This document shows, one piece after another, positions 1 through 8,308 of a DNA stretch of 64,000 nt. The notes below the pieces were generated by a model. That model had not been told where the DNA came from and ran no database searches. It saw only the letters and a list, made by a program, of their open reading frames with translations. The stretch spans positions 2,046 to 66,045 of the forward strand of contig CAJUPB010000012.1 of assembly GCA_910588155.1 (NCBI GenBank). The letters are read 5' to 3'. This DNA comes from an uncultured Christensenellaceae bacterium (GTDB taxonomy: Bacteria; Bacillota; Clostridia; Christensenellales; Pumilibacteraceae). Within the stretch, counting starts at the first letter, position 1. Each line of letters begins with the position of its first letter. A program made the translations under genes and the position numbers.

Positions 1-2
1 AT

Positions 3-2861
3 ACGGATACCGATTATTATAAATCGGATTATTCTTCGGTTGCGGAAGTGCGCGGAGCCGGTATCGATTATTCGCAGAGAATAGTCGAAGAAGGCGCGGT
101 ATTGCTGCGCAACGACAAGAATGCGCTGCCACTTGCCGCGGGTACGAAAGTCAGTCTGTTCGGTATCGGGTCGGCAAAGTCGACGGTTTCGGGATACCGC
201 GAAAAAGACAAGAACGAAAGTTGGGTATCGTTCAAGGACGGTCTGAAAGCGGCGGGACTCGACGTAAACGAAGAACTGTACGGTTGGTACGATTCCTCTT
301 CTTACGGTAGAAAGTCCATACTCGGACACGACACGTTCGGCAACATTTACACGATAGGGGAAGCGCCGTGGAGCGCATTGCCCGCATCGAAAACCGCAAG
401 CGGATATAAGACGGCAATTTTCGTAACTTCGCGCATTGCGGGAGAAGCAACAGACGTTCAAATCAGAGACCTCGGCGAAAGCGCCAAAGGTTTTGACGGT
501 CTTGACGGCAACTATCTTACGCTGTCGGCAAACGAGAGAGACGTTCTTTCCAATCTCAAAGCCGAAAAGGAAAAGGGTACGTTCGATAAGATTATAGTCG
601 TAATGAACGTAACCAATCAGGTGGAATGCGATTTCGAAGACGAGTACGGCGTGGATGCAGTGCTTTACAGCGGTTCTACGGGAACTGCGGGTACAAAGGC
701 GGTCGGAAACATACTCACGGGAAAAGTCAATCCTTCCGGCAAGCTTTCGGATACGTTCTGGAAAAACCATTATCTGAATCCCGTGCTTGCCAATTGGGGA
801 CAAAAGACGTATACGGGAAACAATCCGCCGTATTCGGGATTTACATACACGAACGACGGCACTCCGAACGTGGTCTATCAGGAAAGTATTTATTCGGGAT
901 ATCGCTATACCGAAACGCGTTATGAAGACGTCGTTTTGGGAACGGCAAACGCAGGCGACTTCAACTATACCGACGCGGTTGCATATCCTTTCGGTTTCGG
1001 TCTGTCTTATACGAACTTCTCGTATTCCGATTTGACGGTGAACTACAACGATGAAACGGATTGCTACGACGTGTCCGTTACGGTTAAAAACGAAGGAAGC
1101 GTCGAGGGCAGAAATTCCGTACAGCTCTTCCTTCAAAAACCGTACACAGAATACGACAAGACCAATACGATTGAAAAAGCGGCAGTGGAACTTGTGGACT
1201 TCGGCAAAACGGCAATGCTTGCGGCAGGAGCAAGCGAAGTAGTGGAAATGTCGGTTGCGCGCAGAGACCTTGCTTCTTACGATTCTTACAAAGAAGGCAC
1301 TTACATACTCGAAGCCGGCGATTACTATTTTGCGGTCGGCAACGACAGCCACGATGCGCTGAACAATATTCTTGCGGCAAAAGCCGCCGGCGGCATCGGC
1401 GTGAACGCCGATAAAATGGTCACGGAAAGAGGCGTGAAAACAAGCGGAACAAAGACGCTTGCAAGCAAAGTCACTTTAAACGACTCGTTGCTCAAAGAGT
1501 ATTCGACGAGCGTTACGGGCAAAGAAATCGTGAATCGATTTAACGACGCGGATTTGAAACTCTATGCCGCGGCGGGCGACAGAAACAAAAACGCTTTCGA
1601 TTACGTGACGAGAAAAGATTGGGCGGGAACGCTTTCGTTCGGCTACGAGGCGGACGGCACGTATCTCGACAATTACGTCAAAATCGAGCTCACACCTGCT
1701 ATGAAAGCGGATATGGACAAGAGAGTGGAGAAAGGAACGGGCGAAATGCCGACTATGGGTTCTACGGCGACGGCTTGGCAATTGTTCGACCTTATGAACG
1801 ACGAGGAAGGGAATCCTCTGCCGTATGACCATAAGAAGTGGGACGAAATTTTGGACCAGCTTACATTCGAAGAAATGGCTGACCTGTTGAGCAACGGCTA
1901 TTCGACGACTCGTCCGATTGAGTCCATAAGCAAACCCAAGACGTTCGACCAAGACTCCGACCTCGGCGTCATAATGAGTTACAGCGCCGACGCAAACGGA
2001 CTCGCAAGCCGTCTTGCCGACCCCGACAAGGAAAAGAAGCCTGCGGCATATCCCGACAACGGAATAACCGCGGCGACGCGCGACAAGGCGTTATTGCTCG
2101 AATACGGCGTGCAGTGGGGCGAGGACTGTCTGTGGGCAGGTTATACCGGATTGTACGGCACGGGTGCGAATATACACCGCAGCCCCTATCTCGGACGTTC
2201 TTACGGATATTACAGCGAAGACCCCGTGCTTATGGGCAAAGCCATTTCCGAAATAAACAAGGGTATGGAGACGAAGGGTGCGTTTATGCTCTTGAAGCAT
2301 TGTATGTTGAATGAGCAGGAAACCAGCCGTGTCGCGGGTTCGAGCTGGGCGAACGAGCAGACCATCAGAGAAGTGTATCTGCGCCCGTTCCAAATCGCGA
2401 TAGAGGAAGGCGGAGTGCAGGGCGTTATGACATCGTTGAACCGCATAGGCGCGGTATCCGCACCGCATCATCCTTTCCTCAACGACGTGCTTCGCGGCGA
2501 ATTCGGAATGGTGGGCTATTGCGTGACTGACAGCTATATGCCGCATATGAACATTGCGTCTCTGCTGGTCGCGGGAAACGATTTGCCGCTCGACCAAGAC
2601 AACGGTCTTTCGAATTACAAAGATTATCCGAACGTGGTTTGGGCTATGAGGGCTGCGACTCACAACATACTTTATTCCGTCGTTCACAGCAACGCGATGA
2701 ACGGTATGTCGTCGAACACCCGCATAATCAAGTTCAAGCCCGAATGGCAGTACTATCTCGAATTGTTCAATCCGCTTGTTATGACGCTGGCGATAGTATC
2801 CGTAGCGTTCTATTTGGGCGTCGAGGTATGGAGCTATTTCGGCAAAAAGAAAAAAGCTTAA
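3..2861 (+). CDS. Glycoside hydrolase family 3 (beta-glucosidase/xylosidase-like), domain-permuted, C-terminal TM anchor; 5' end runs off the window
   Basis: The frame is open from nt 3, with no stop before the GTG at 48. GH3 C-terminal-domain-type motifs come first (AVLLRNDKNALPL, SRIAGEATD, PFGFGLSYT plus an Fn3-like stretch). GH3 TIM-barrel motifs follow (SPYLGRSYGYYSEDPVL, KHCMLNEQETSR, GYCVTDSYM). The protein ends with the hydrophobic helix LVMTLAIVSVAFYLGVEVW followed by KKKKA. Confidence 0.85.
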   Translation, partial: TDTDYYKSDYSSVAEVRGAGIDYSQRIVEEGAVLLRNDKNALPLAAGTKVSLFGIGSAKSTVSGYREKDKNESWVSFKDGLKAAGLDVNEELYGWYDSSSYGRKSILGHDTFGNIYTIGEAPWSALPASKTASGYKTAIFVTSRIAGEATDVQIRDLGESAKGFDGLDGNYLTLSANERDVLSNLKAEKEKGTFDKIIVVMNVTNQVECDFEDEYGVDAVLYSGSTGTAGTKAVGNILTGKVNPSGKLSDTFWKNHYLNPVLANWGQKTYTGNNPPYSGFTYTNDGTPNVVYQESIYSGYRYTETRYEDVVLGTANAGDFNYTDAVAYPFGFGLSYTNFSYSDLTVNYNDETDCYDVSVTVKNEGSVEGRNSVQLFLQKPYTEYDKTNTIEKAAVELVDFGKTAMLAAGASEVVEMSVARRDLASYDSYKEGTYILEAGDYYFAVGNDSHDALNNILAAKAAGGIGVNADKMVTERGVKTSGTKTLASKVTLNDSLLKEYSTSVTGKEIVNRFNDADLKLYAAAGDRNKNAFDYVTRKDWAGTLSFGYEADGTYLDNYVKIELTPAMKADMDKRVEKGTGEMPTMGSTATAWQLFDLMNDEEGNPLPYDHKKWDEILDQLTFEEMADLLSNGYSTTRPIESISKPKTFDQDSDLGVIMSYSADANGLASRLADPDKEKKPAAYPDNGITAATRDKALLLEYGVQWGEDCLWAGYTGLYGTGANIHRSPYLGRSYGYYSEDPVLMGKAISEINKGMETKGAFMLLKHCMLNEQETSRVAGSSWANEQTIREVYLRPFQIAIEEGGVQGVMTSLNRIGAVSAPHHPFLNDVLRGEFGMVGYCVTDSYMPHMNIASLLVAGNDLPLDQDNGLSNYKDYPNVVWAMRAATHNILYSVVHSNAMNGMSSNTRIIKFKPEWQYYLELFNPLVMTLAIVSVAFYLGVEVWSYFGKKKKA

Positions 2862-2989
2862 CAAGCTAATTGCAGGTCGGCTTTTAAATAAAATTCTTGC
2901 CAAAGGGGGTATGGACATAATTCGAAATTCTGTTTGTATAAGAAAGTTTGCTATTTGAAACATTGTAATTTTTGGAGGATAATAAAACT

Positions 2990-4420
2990 ATGAAGAACAT
3001 TAAAAAGATACTGACCGTAGTACTTTCGTGTGCGCTTGCGGTGTGTATGCTTACTCTCGTTGCGTGCGGCGGAAAGAAACCCGACCCCGTTGTTCCCGAC
3101 GAACCCGACGGACCCAAGCCCCAGCCCGAAATAACGGTTACGCTGGATAAGACGGAGGCTTCCGTCGAAGAGGGCAAAACGCTTACTTTGGTTGCGACGG
3201 TCAAAAACAGCACGGACAGCGCGACGTTCGATTCTTCGAACAAAGCGGCGGCGACCGTTACCGCAACTGGCAATACCGCAACGGTCACCGCAGTTGCCGA
3301 AGGCACGACGAACATAACCGCGAAGGTCGGTTCGAAGACCGCCACCTGCAAGGTCACCGTCACGGCAAAACCCGTTCCCGCTCTCGAAGTCAATGCGGAA
3401 CGTCTTGTGTTGGAAATCGGCGGCGAAGCAAACAATACCGCAGAGCTTTCGGCGCAGCTAAAAAATGCCACGGGCGATATAACCTACACTTCGGCAGACA
3501 CCGAAATTGTCAGCGTTGCCGTAGCGGACGGAAAGGCCACCGTAACGGCGGTTGCGTTGGGCAAAACGACGATAACCGTTGCCGCGGGTGAGCTTTCGGA
3601 AGAAGTCCCCGTCGAAGTTGCGACTTACGGTCTCACTTACGCTCTCGATACGACGGCGGAAGAAGGGCAGGAATCGCTTATCGTTTCCGACGGCGAAACC
3701 AAAGTTTCCGGTGAAGTTCGCATTCCCGGTTACTATTACAGCGAAGATTTCGAAAGATATCTTCCCGTTACCAAAATCAAAGGACAGGATAAGAACTCGT
3801 CGGCGCAGCTTTCCGGCACCGGCGGTTTCCAGGGCAACGAAAATATCACCTCGGTATATCTCGGCGATAATCTTCGCGTAGTGGGACACGGTGCTTTCCG
3901 TGACTGTACGGCTCTTGTTACGGTAAATACTACGTCGGCACTGACCGAAATAGGCGACTGGGCATTCGGAAACACCGCTGCTTTGAAAGATATTATATGG
4001 ACAGAGGAGTGCAATGTGTCCATCTTCGGTATGAACGCATTTAACGCTACCGGAATCGAGGAAATGAGCGTGCCCAAATCGGTAACAAATCTCAACTACG
4101 GCGTATTCCAATGGACAAAACTTAAAAGAATAAAAATTTATGCTCCTATCACAAAGATGGAAAACAGTATGTTTTTCCGCGCCGACGAACTTGTGGAAAT
4201 TTGGCTTCCGGCAACTTTGACCGAAATTGACCATTCCTGCTTCGGCGGATATTCCGGTTCGCCTACCGACGGTCCCGGTATGCCCGGCAGCTTTACCGTG
4301 AACTTCGCGGGGACGGAAGAGCAGTGGAATGCCATAAAAATAAATTCCAGCAATAACGGAGTTATCAGCAACAATAAAGATGAACTGCCCACAATATTTA
4401 ATTATAATGTAGAATATTAA
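2990..4420 (+). CDS. Surface lipoprotein with Big_2 Ig-like domains and BspA-type leucine-rich repeats
   Basis: GGAGGA lies 8 nt upstream of the ATG at 2990. The signal peptide has the lipobox LVAC-GG. Ig-like Big_2-type repeats are present (GKTLTLVATV...VTAVAEGTTNITA). The C-terminal half has LRR_5-like repeats (ITSVYLGDNLRVVGHGAFRDCTAL, LTEIGDWAFGNT). Confidence 0.8.
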   Translation: MKNIKKILTVVLSCALAVCMLTLVACGGKKPDPVVPDEPDGPKPQPEITVTLDKTEASVEEGKTLTLVATVKNSTDSATFDSSNKAAATVTATGNTATVTAVAEGTTNITAKVGSKTATCKVTVTAKPVPALEVNAERLVLEIGGEANNTAELSAQLKNATGDITYTSADTEIVSVAVADGKATVTAVALGKTTITVAAGELSEEVPVEVATYGLTYALDTTAEEGQESLIVSDGETKVSGEVRIPGYYYSEDFERYLPVTKIKGQDKNSSAQLSGTGGFQGNENITSVYLGDNLRVVGHGAFRDCTALVTVNTTSALTEIGDWAFGNTAALKDIIWTEECNVSIFGMNAFNATGIEEMSVPKSVTNLNYGVFQWTKLKRIKIYAPITKMENSMFFRADELVEIWLPATLTEIDHSCFGGYSGSPTDGPGMPGSFTVNFAGTEEQWNAIKINSSNNGVISNNKDELPTIFNYNVEY

Positions 4421-4445
4421 ATGAAACATAAATTGCAATAAAACA

Positions 4446-4481
4446 AAACGGGACTGCTTCAAACGGCAGCCCCGTTTTTTT
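4446..4481 (+). terminator. Rho-independent terminator after the lipoprotein gene
   Basis: The stem is ACGGGACTGC/GCAGCCCCGT (1 mismatch), followed by a T7 run. Confidence 0.75.
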
Positions 4482-4506
4482 GCGCTGTTGCCGCGCGGCG
4501 TATCAC

Positions 4507-4536
4507 TTGACCTTTTGCGGTAAAATGTAGTACAAT
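4507..4536 (+). promoter_or_regulatory. Sigma-A-type promoter placed for a (near-)leaderless ABC-F mRNA
   Basis: TTGACC, an 18-nt spacer, then TACAAT. The ATG at 4546 lies only 9 nt after the -10 and no Shine-Dalgarno sits between them. Confidence 0.5.
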
Positions 4537-4545
4537 AAACGCATT

Positions 4546-6093
4546 ATGAGTATTTTGGAAATAAAGGGTTTGTCGCATACTTTCGACAACAAGATGCTGT
4601 TTGAAAAGGCGGACCTGACCGTTATGAACGGCGAACACATCGGAGTGGTCGGGTTAAACGGCGCAGGCAAGTCCACGTTTATAAATATTCTTGCGGGACG
4701 TCTGATACAGGACGACGGTCTCGTGAAGTGGAATTCTTCGTGCAGCAGGGGATATCTCGACCAGCACGCGGATATAGACAGAAGCAAAACGGTTATGGAA
4801 TATCTGACCGATTCTTTTTCGCGTTTGCACGAAATGAACGGCAAATTGGAAAAGCTGTACGAGAAGATGGGAGAAACGACGGACGGCGAGGAATTGGAAC
4901 GTTTGATAGACAAAAGCAATTCTCTGCTGGAAAGGCTTACCGACGAGGGCTTTTTCGATTTGGAAGCGACCGTCAAAAAAGTCGCAAACGGTCTCGGCGT
5001 GGGCGCATACGGCTATGATACTCCGATTTCCGCTTTAAGCGGAGGGCAGAGAGCGAAGCTTATGCTTTCCCGTCTTTTGTTGGAAAAACCCGATTTGATG
5101 TTGCTGGACGAACCTACGAACTTTCTTGACGTTGAACACATCGAATGGCTTATCGATTTTCTGAATTCGTTTAAAGGAACGTTTCTCGTCATATCGCACG
5201 ATACGGAGTTTTTGGACAAGGTGTCGAAGTTTATAGTCGGTATAGAGAACGGCGGAATAAAAAAGTACGGCGGCAACTATACCGCATATCTTGCGCAAAG
5301 AGAGCAGAACGCAAAGCAGTATGAAGAAAGTTATATAAGACAGCAGCGTGAAATAGAAAAAATGGAAGACTATATAAACCGCAACAAGGCGCGCGCGGCG
5401 ACGGCGGGTATGGCGAATGCGAGGAAGAAGCAGTTGGAGAAAATGGAACGGATAAAGAAACCGTCCGTGATTTACGATGCGGTATTCTCGTTCCCGTACG
5501 TAGAGTTGCATACGCGCGATTTGACGGTAACCGATTCTTTGGAGATTGGCTATGATTTTCCGCTGTTGCCGCCGTTGAACATACATCTCAAATCGGACGA
5601 CAAGCTTTGGATTAGAGGTACGAACGGAGTGGGAAAGACCACGCTGGTTAAAACGCTGACGGGCTTTTTGAAACCGCTCGGCGGCAGTTACCGATTTCAC
5701 CCGTTTGTAAAAATAGGATATATAGAGCAGGAACCGAACTTTGCCGACGGCTCCGTAAATGCGGTCACATACGTTTCCGACCGTCTGCCGAAGCTGGACT
5801 CGAAGCAGATACGAAATACGCTTGCGCTTTCCGGGATAAAGAACGACCTTGCCGTAAAGCCGATTAGAGAGCTTTCCGGCGGAGAGCAAGTGCGGGTCAA
5901 ATTGACCGTTTTGACAAACACCCCGACCAATCTTTTGATTTTGGACGAGCCGACGAATCATCTCGACATAAGGGCGAAAGAATCGTTGAAAACGGCTTTG
6001 AAAGAGTATAAAGGCGCGGTTTTGCTGGTCAGTCACGAACGGGAATTTGCCGAAAGCATTTGCGGCGACGTGTTGGACGTGAGAGGGATATAG
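4546..6093 (+). CDS. ABC-F family ATPase (two ABC cassettes, no TM domain; ribosome-associated type)
   Basis: Two Walker A motifs (GLNGAGKST, GTNGVGKTT). Two signature motifs (LSGGQRAKL, LSGGEQVRV). Two Walker B motifs (LLLDEPTN, LILDEPTN). A charged linker (QYEESYIRQQREIEKMEDYINRNKARA) separates the cassettes. Confidence 0.88.
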   Translation: MSILEIKGLSHTFDNKMLFEKADLTVMNGEHIGVVGLNGAGKSTFINILAGRLIQDDGLVKWNSSCSRGYLDQHADIDRSKTVMEYLTDSFSRLHEMNGKLEKLYEKMGETTDGEELERLIDKSNSLLERLTDEGFFDLEATVKKVANGLGVGAYGYDTPISALSGGQRAKLMLSRLLLEKPDLMLLDEPTNFLDVEHIEWLIDFLNSFKGTFLVISHDTEFLDKVSKFIVGIENGGIKKYGGNYTAYLAQREQNAKQYEESYIRQQREIEKMEDYINRNKARAATAGMANARKKQLEKMERIKKPSVIYDAVFSFPYVELHTRDLTVTDSLEIGYDFPLLPPLNIHLKSDDKLWIRGTNGVGKTTLVKTLTGFLKPLGGSYRFHPFVKIGYIEQEPNFADGSVNAVTYVSDRLPKLDSKQIRNTLALSGIKNDLAVKPIRELSGGEQVRVKLTVLTNTPTNLLILDEPTNHLDIRAKESLKTALKEYKGAVLLVSHEREFAESICGDVLDVRGI

Positions 6094-6197
6094 CGCGCCT
6101 TTTGTCGAAAACGGCGGCGATTTTGAAAACAATATTGCTTTGTGTTACGGGACGGGAATGACGGTGTGTTTGATGCGTCAATAATTTTGTCAAACAC

Positions 6198-6226
6198 TTG
6201 CTTTTTTGCTCATTTTGCCTTATAAT
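6198..6226 (+). promoter_or_regulatory. Candidate sigma-A promoter for the Rho-like gene
   Basis: TTGCTT, a 17-nt spacer, then TATAAT. A GGGAGG Shine-Dalgarno sits before the ATG at 6273. Confidence 0.45.
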
Positions 6227-6272
6227 ATAAAAGATTGTTCGAAATCGCTTTGTTTTTTACGGGAGGACGGAT

Positions 6273-7496
6273 ATGACATTCAGAATTTATACACACGCAG
6301 AAATAAAGTCCATAGCTATAAATCAGCTCCGTGAATTTGCCAAGCAGATAGGTGTGCGCGGTCCGACGACTATGACGAAAGAGACTTTGGAAAATGCGGT
6401 TTACGAACGTTTGCAAGAGATAGAGGCGGAGAGAAGCGTCCCCAGCGAATTGCGTACTTTGAAAAGTAAGGCGTGCGTTTTGGACAAGTCGCTTGTCGAA
6501 GCAAAAGACAAAGATATTTACGGTCCGTTTGTAGACAAGCCCGACGCGAAGCTTTACGATTTCGCGGGATGGTTTCGACCCTATAAGGACGAGGACGGCA
6601 TTGTCTGTCCCCGCTTGACTCCGCACGGAGACGATATTTTCGTCAGCGAAGATTTCATTTGTGCCGCACAGCTGAAATTCGGAGATAAGGTCACGGGCAA
6701 ATATGCCGTGAGTGCGGCGACGGGCGTCAGAATAACTGCCGAAATCCTTACGGTAAACGGCAAAAAACTGAACGAGCACAGGGCGGCGGATATAAACGAA
6801 CGCCGCAGGCTTGTGCCGAGCGAGCCGCTGAATCTTTGGGGCGACAGAAACAACTTGCGCGCGCTTGCACTTGCCGCTCCGCTGAAAAAAGGTTCGAGAG
6901 TGTTGCTTTCGCACGACGGTTTGACAAGTCTTACCGATTACAGCGTGAGACTTTCCGAATGTTTGAAAGAATGCGGCTATGAAACACTTTCGCTGTATTT
7001 GGACGCCACTCCCGAAAACGCCGAAATTTTGCGCGAGAAAGAGGGCGCTTTCGCCTGCGCTTTCGACCTCGGCGACGAATTTGTCGCTTACACTATGGAA
7101 ATGGCTGTCGAGGCGATACAGAGAAAAGTGGAAGAGAACGCTCATATCGCCGTCGTTGTGGACAATATCGATGCCTGTAAGGATTCCGAGCTTTCGAGGA
7201 GATTGCTCGGTTGCGCGTGCAGTATCGACGGAGGAAGCGTGACTGTGTTTGCTTCGGTAAACGAGGACATAATGGACAGGCGGTCGCTCGGTCTATTGAC
7301 GAGCGTGGCGGACGCCAAAATTTATTTCGAAAACGACGGCGGCACGCCTATGGTCGATTTCAAACGGTCGCGCGTCAAGACCGACAGAAGCGATTATCCT
7401 CTTTTGCGTACTCTGCAATCGATGGACGGACAGACTGCGCAGTTTATAATTTCAAACTGTACGACGCGTGAGGAAGCGGAGAAATTATTGAAGTGA
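6273..7496 (+). CDS. Rho-like protein (Rho_N plus cold-shock-type RNA-binding region plus RecA-like domain with a degenerate P-loop)
   Basis: A Rho_N-like helix is present (INQLREFAKQIGVRGPTTMTKETLENAVYE). A Rho CSD-like block follows (DDIFVSEDFICAAQLKFGDKVTGKY). APLKKGSRVLLSHDGLTSL aligns to E. coli Rho SPIGRGQRGLIVAPPKAGKT. IAVVVDNID matches Walker B and GGSVTVFASV matches GGSLTIIATA. Confidence 0.6.
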   Translation: MTFRIYTHAEIKSIAINQLREFAKQIGVRGPTTMTKETLENAVYERLQEIEAERSVPSELRTLKSKACVLDKSLVEAKDKDIYGPFVDKPDAKLYDFAGWFRPYKDEDGIVCPRLTPHGDDIFVSEDFICAAQLKFGDKVTGKYAVSAATGVRITAEILTVNGKKLNEHRAADINERRRLVPSEPLNLWGDRNNLRALALAAPLKKGSRVLLSHDGLTSLTDYSVRLSECLKECGYETLSLYLDATPENAEILREKEGAFACAFDLGDEFVAYTMEMAVEAIQRKVEENAHIAVVVDNIDACKDSELSRRLLGCACSIDGGSVTVFASVNEDIMDRRSLGLLTSVADAKIYFENDGGTPMVDFKRSRVKTDRSDYPLLRTLQSMDGQTAQFIISNCTTREEAEKLLK

Positions 7497-8299
7497 GAAC
7501 GGCTTATCTCGGAGACGAATATTCGCATTCTTTTGCCGCCTGCAAAGAGTTTTTCTGCGGCGAGACGGCGGGATACAGAACCGTGCGCGAAGTTGCCGCC
7601 GCGGTTGTATCGGGCGAGTGCGACGAATGCGTATTGCCGGCCGAAAACAGCGTCGAGGGAGCGGTAACCGCCACGGAAGACGTTCTCGTGGATTTCGACC
7701 TGTATATCCGTTCCCGTATCGTACTGCCCATTCGGCACTGTCTGGTCGCTTTGCCGGGCGCAAAGCTACTTGATATAGAAAAAGTGTATTCGCACCCGCA
7801 GGCGTTGGCGCAATGCGGCAAATGGCTTTCGGAAAACGTGCCGAACGCAGAGCGGATACCCACGTTATCCACGAGTTACGCGCTCGGGCTTATAGAGAAC
7901 GCGAGGCAGGCTGCCGTCGCGGGTTCGGCGAAGAACGGACAGGAAATAATAGCTCGCGGCATAGAGGACTATAAGCACAACAGTACAAGGTTTATCAGAC
8001 TGTCGAAAGAGCTTAACGACGCGGGAAGACGGGCGAGCGTCGTGTTCGGAGCCGAAAACAGACCCGGCGGATTGCTGTATGTGCTCAAACTGTTCGAAAG
8101 CGCGAGAATGAATATGACTCGCATAGAGTCCAGACCGTCCAAAGCGGGACTCGGAGATTATATATTTTTTGTGGATTTTGTTTTGCCGGAAAGCAACGGC
8201 GACGCGGCGTTGAAAGAGCTTCTTTGCTCTTTGAGAAAAAATGCGGCGTCGGTAAAGTTTTTGGGCAGATACGACGATATTAACAAAGCGGAGGCATAA
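7493..8299 (+). CDS. pheA: Prephenate dehydratase
   Basis: AYLGDEYSHSF N-terminus, the NSTRFIRLS motif, and an ACT domain (TRIESRPSK, FFVDF). The GTG start overlaps the upstream stop (GTGA). Confidence 0.9.
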   Translation: MRTAYLGDEYSHSFAACKEFFCGETAGYRTVREVAAAVVSGECDECVLPAENSVEGAVTATEDVLVDFDLYIRSRIVLPIRHCLVALPGAKLLDIEKVYSHPQALAQCGKWLSENVPNAERIPTLSTSYALGLIENARQAAVAGSAKNGQEIIARGIEDYKHNSTRFIRLSKELNDAGRRASVVFGAENRPGGLLYVLKLFESARMNMTRIESRPSKAGLGDYIFFVDFVLPESNGDAALKELLCSLRKNAASVKFLGRYDDINKAEA

Positions 8300-8308
8300 G
8301 ACCGATTT

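Noticed and set aside
4546-6093. The ABC-F protein as an antibiotic-resistance (ARE) determinant.
   Set aside because: There is no leader peptide or attenuator region (the promoter abuts the ATG). There is no mobile context and no diagnostic extended linker that I can recognise. A housekeeping ABC-F is more likely, and subfamily assignment needs phylogeny.
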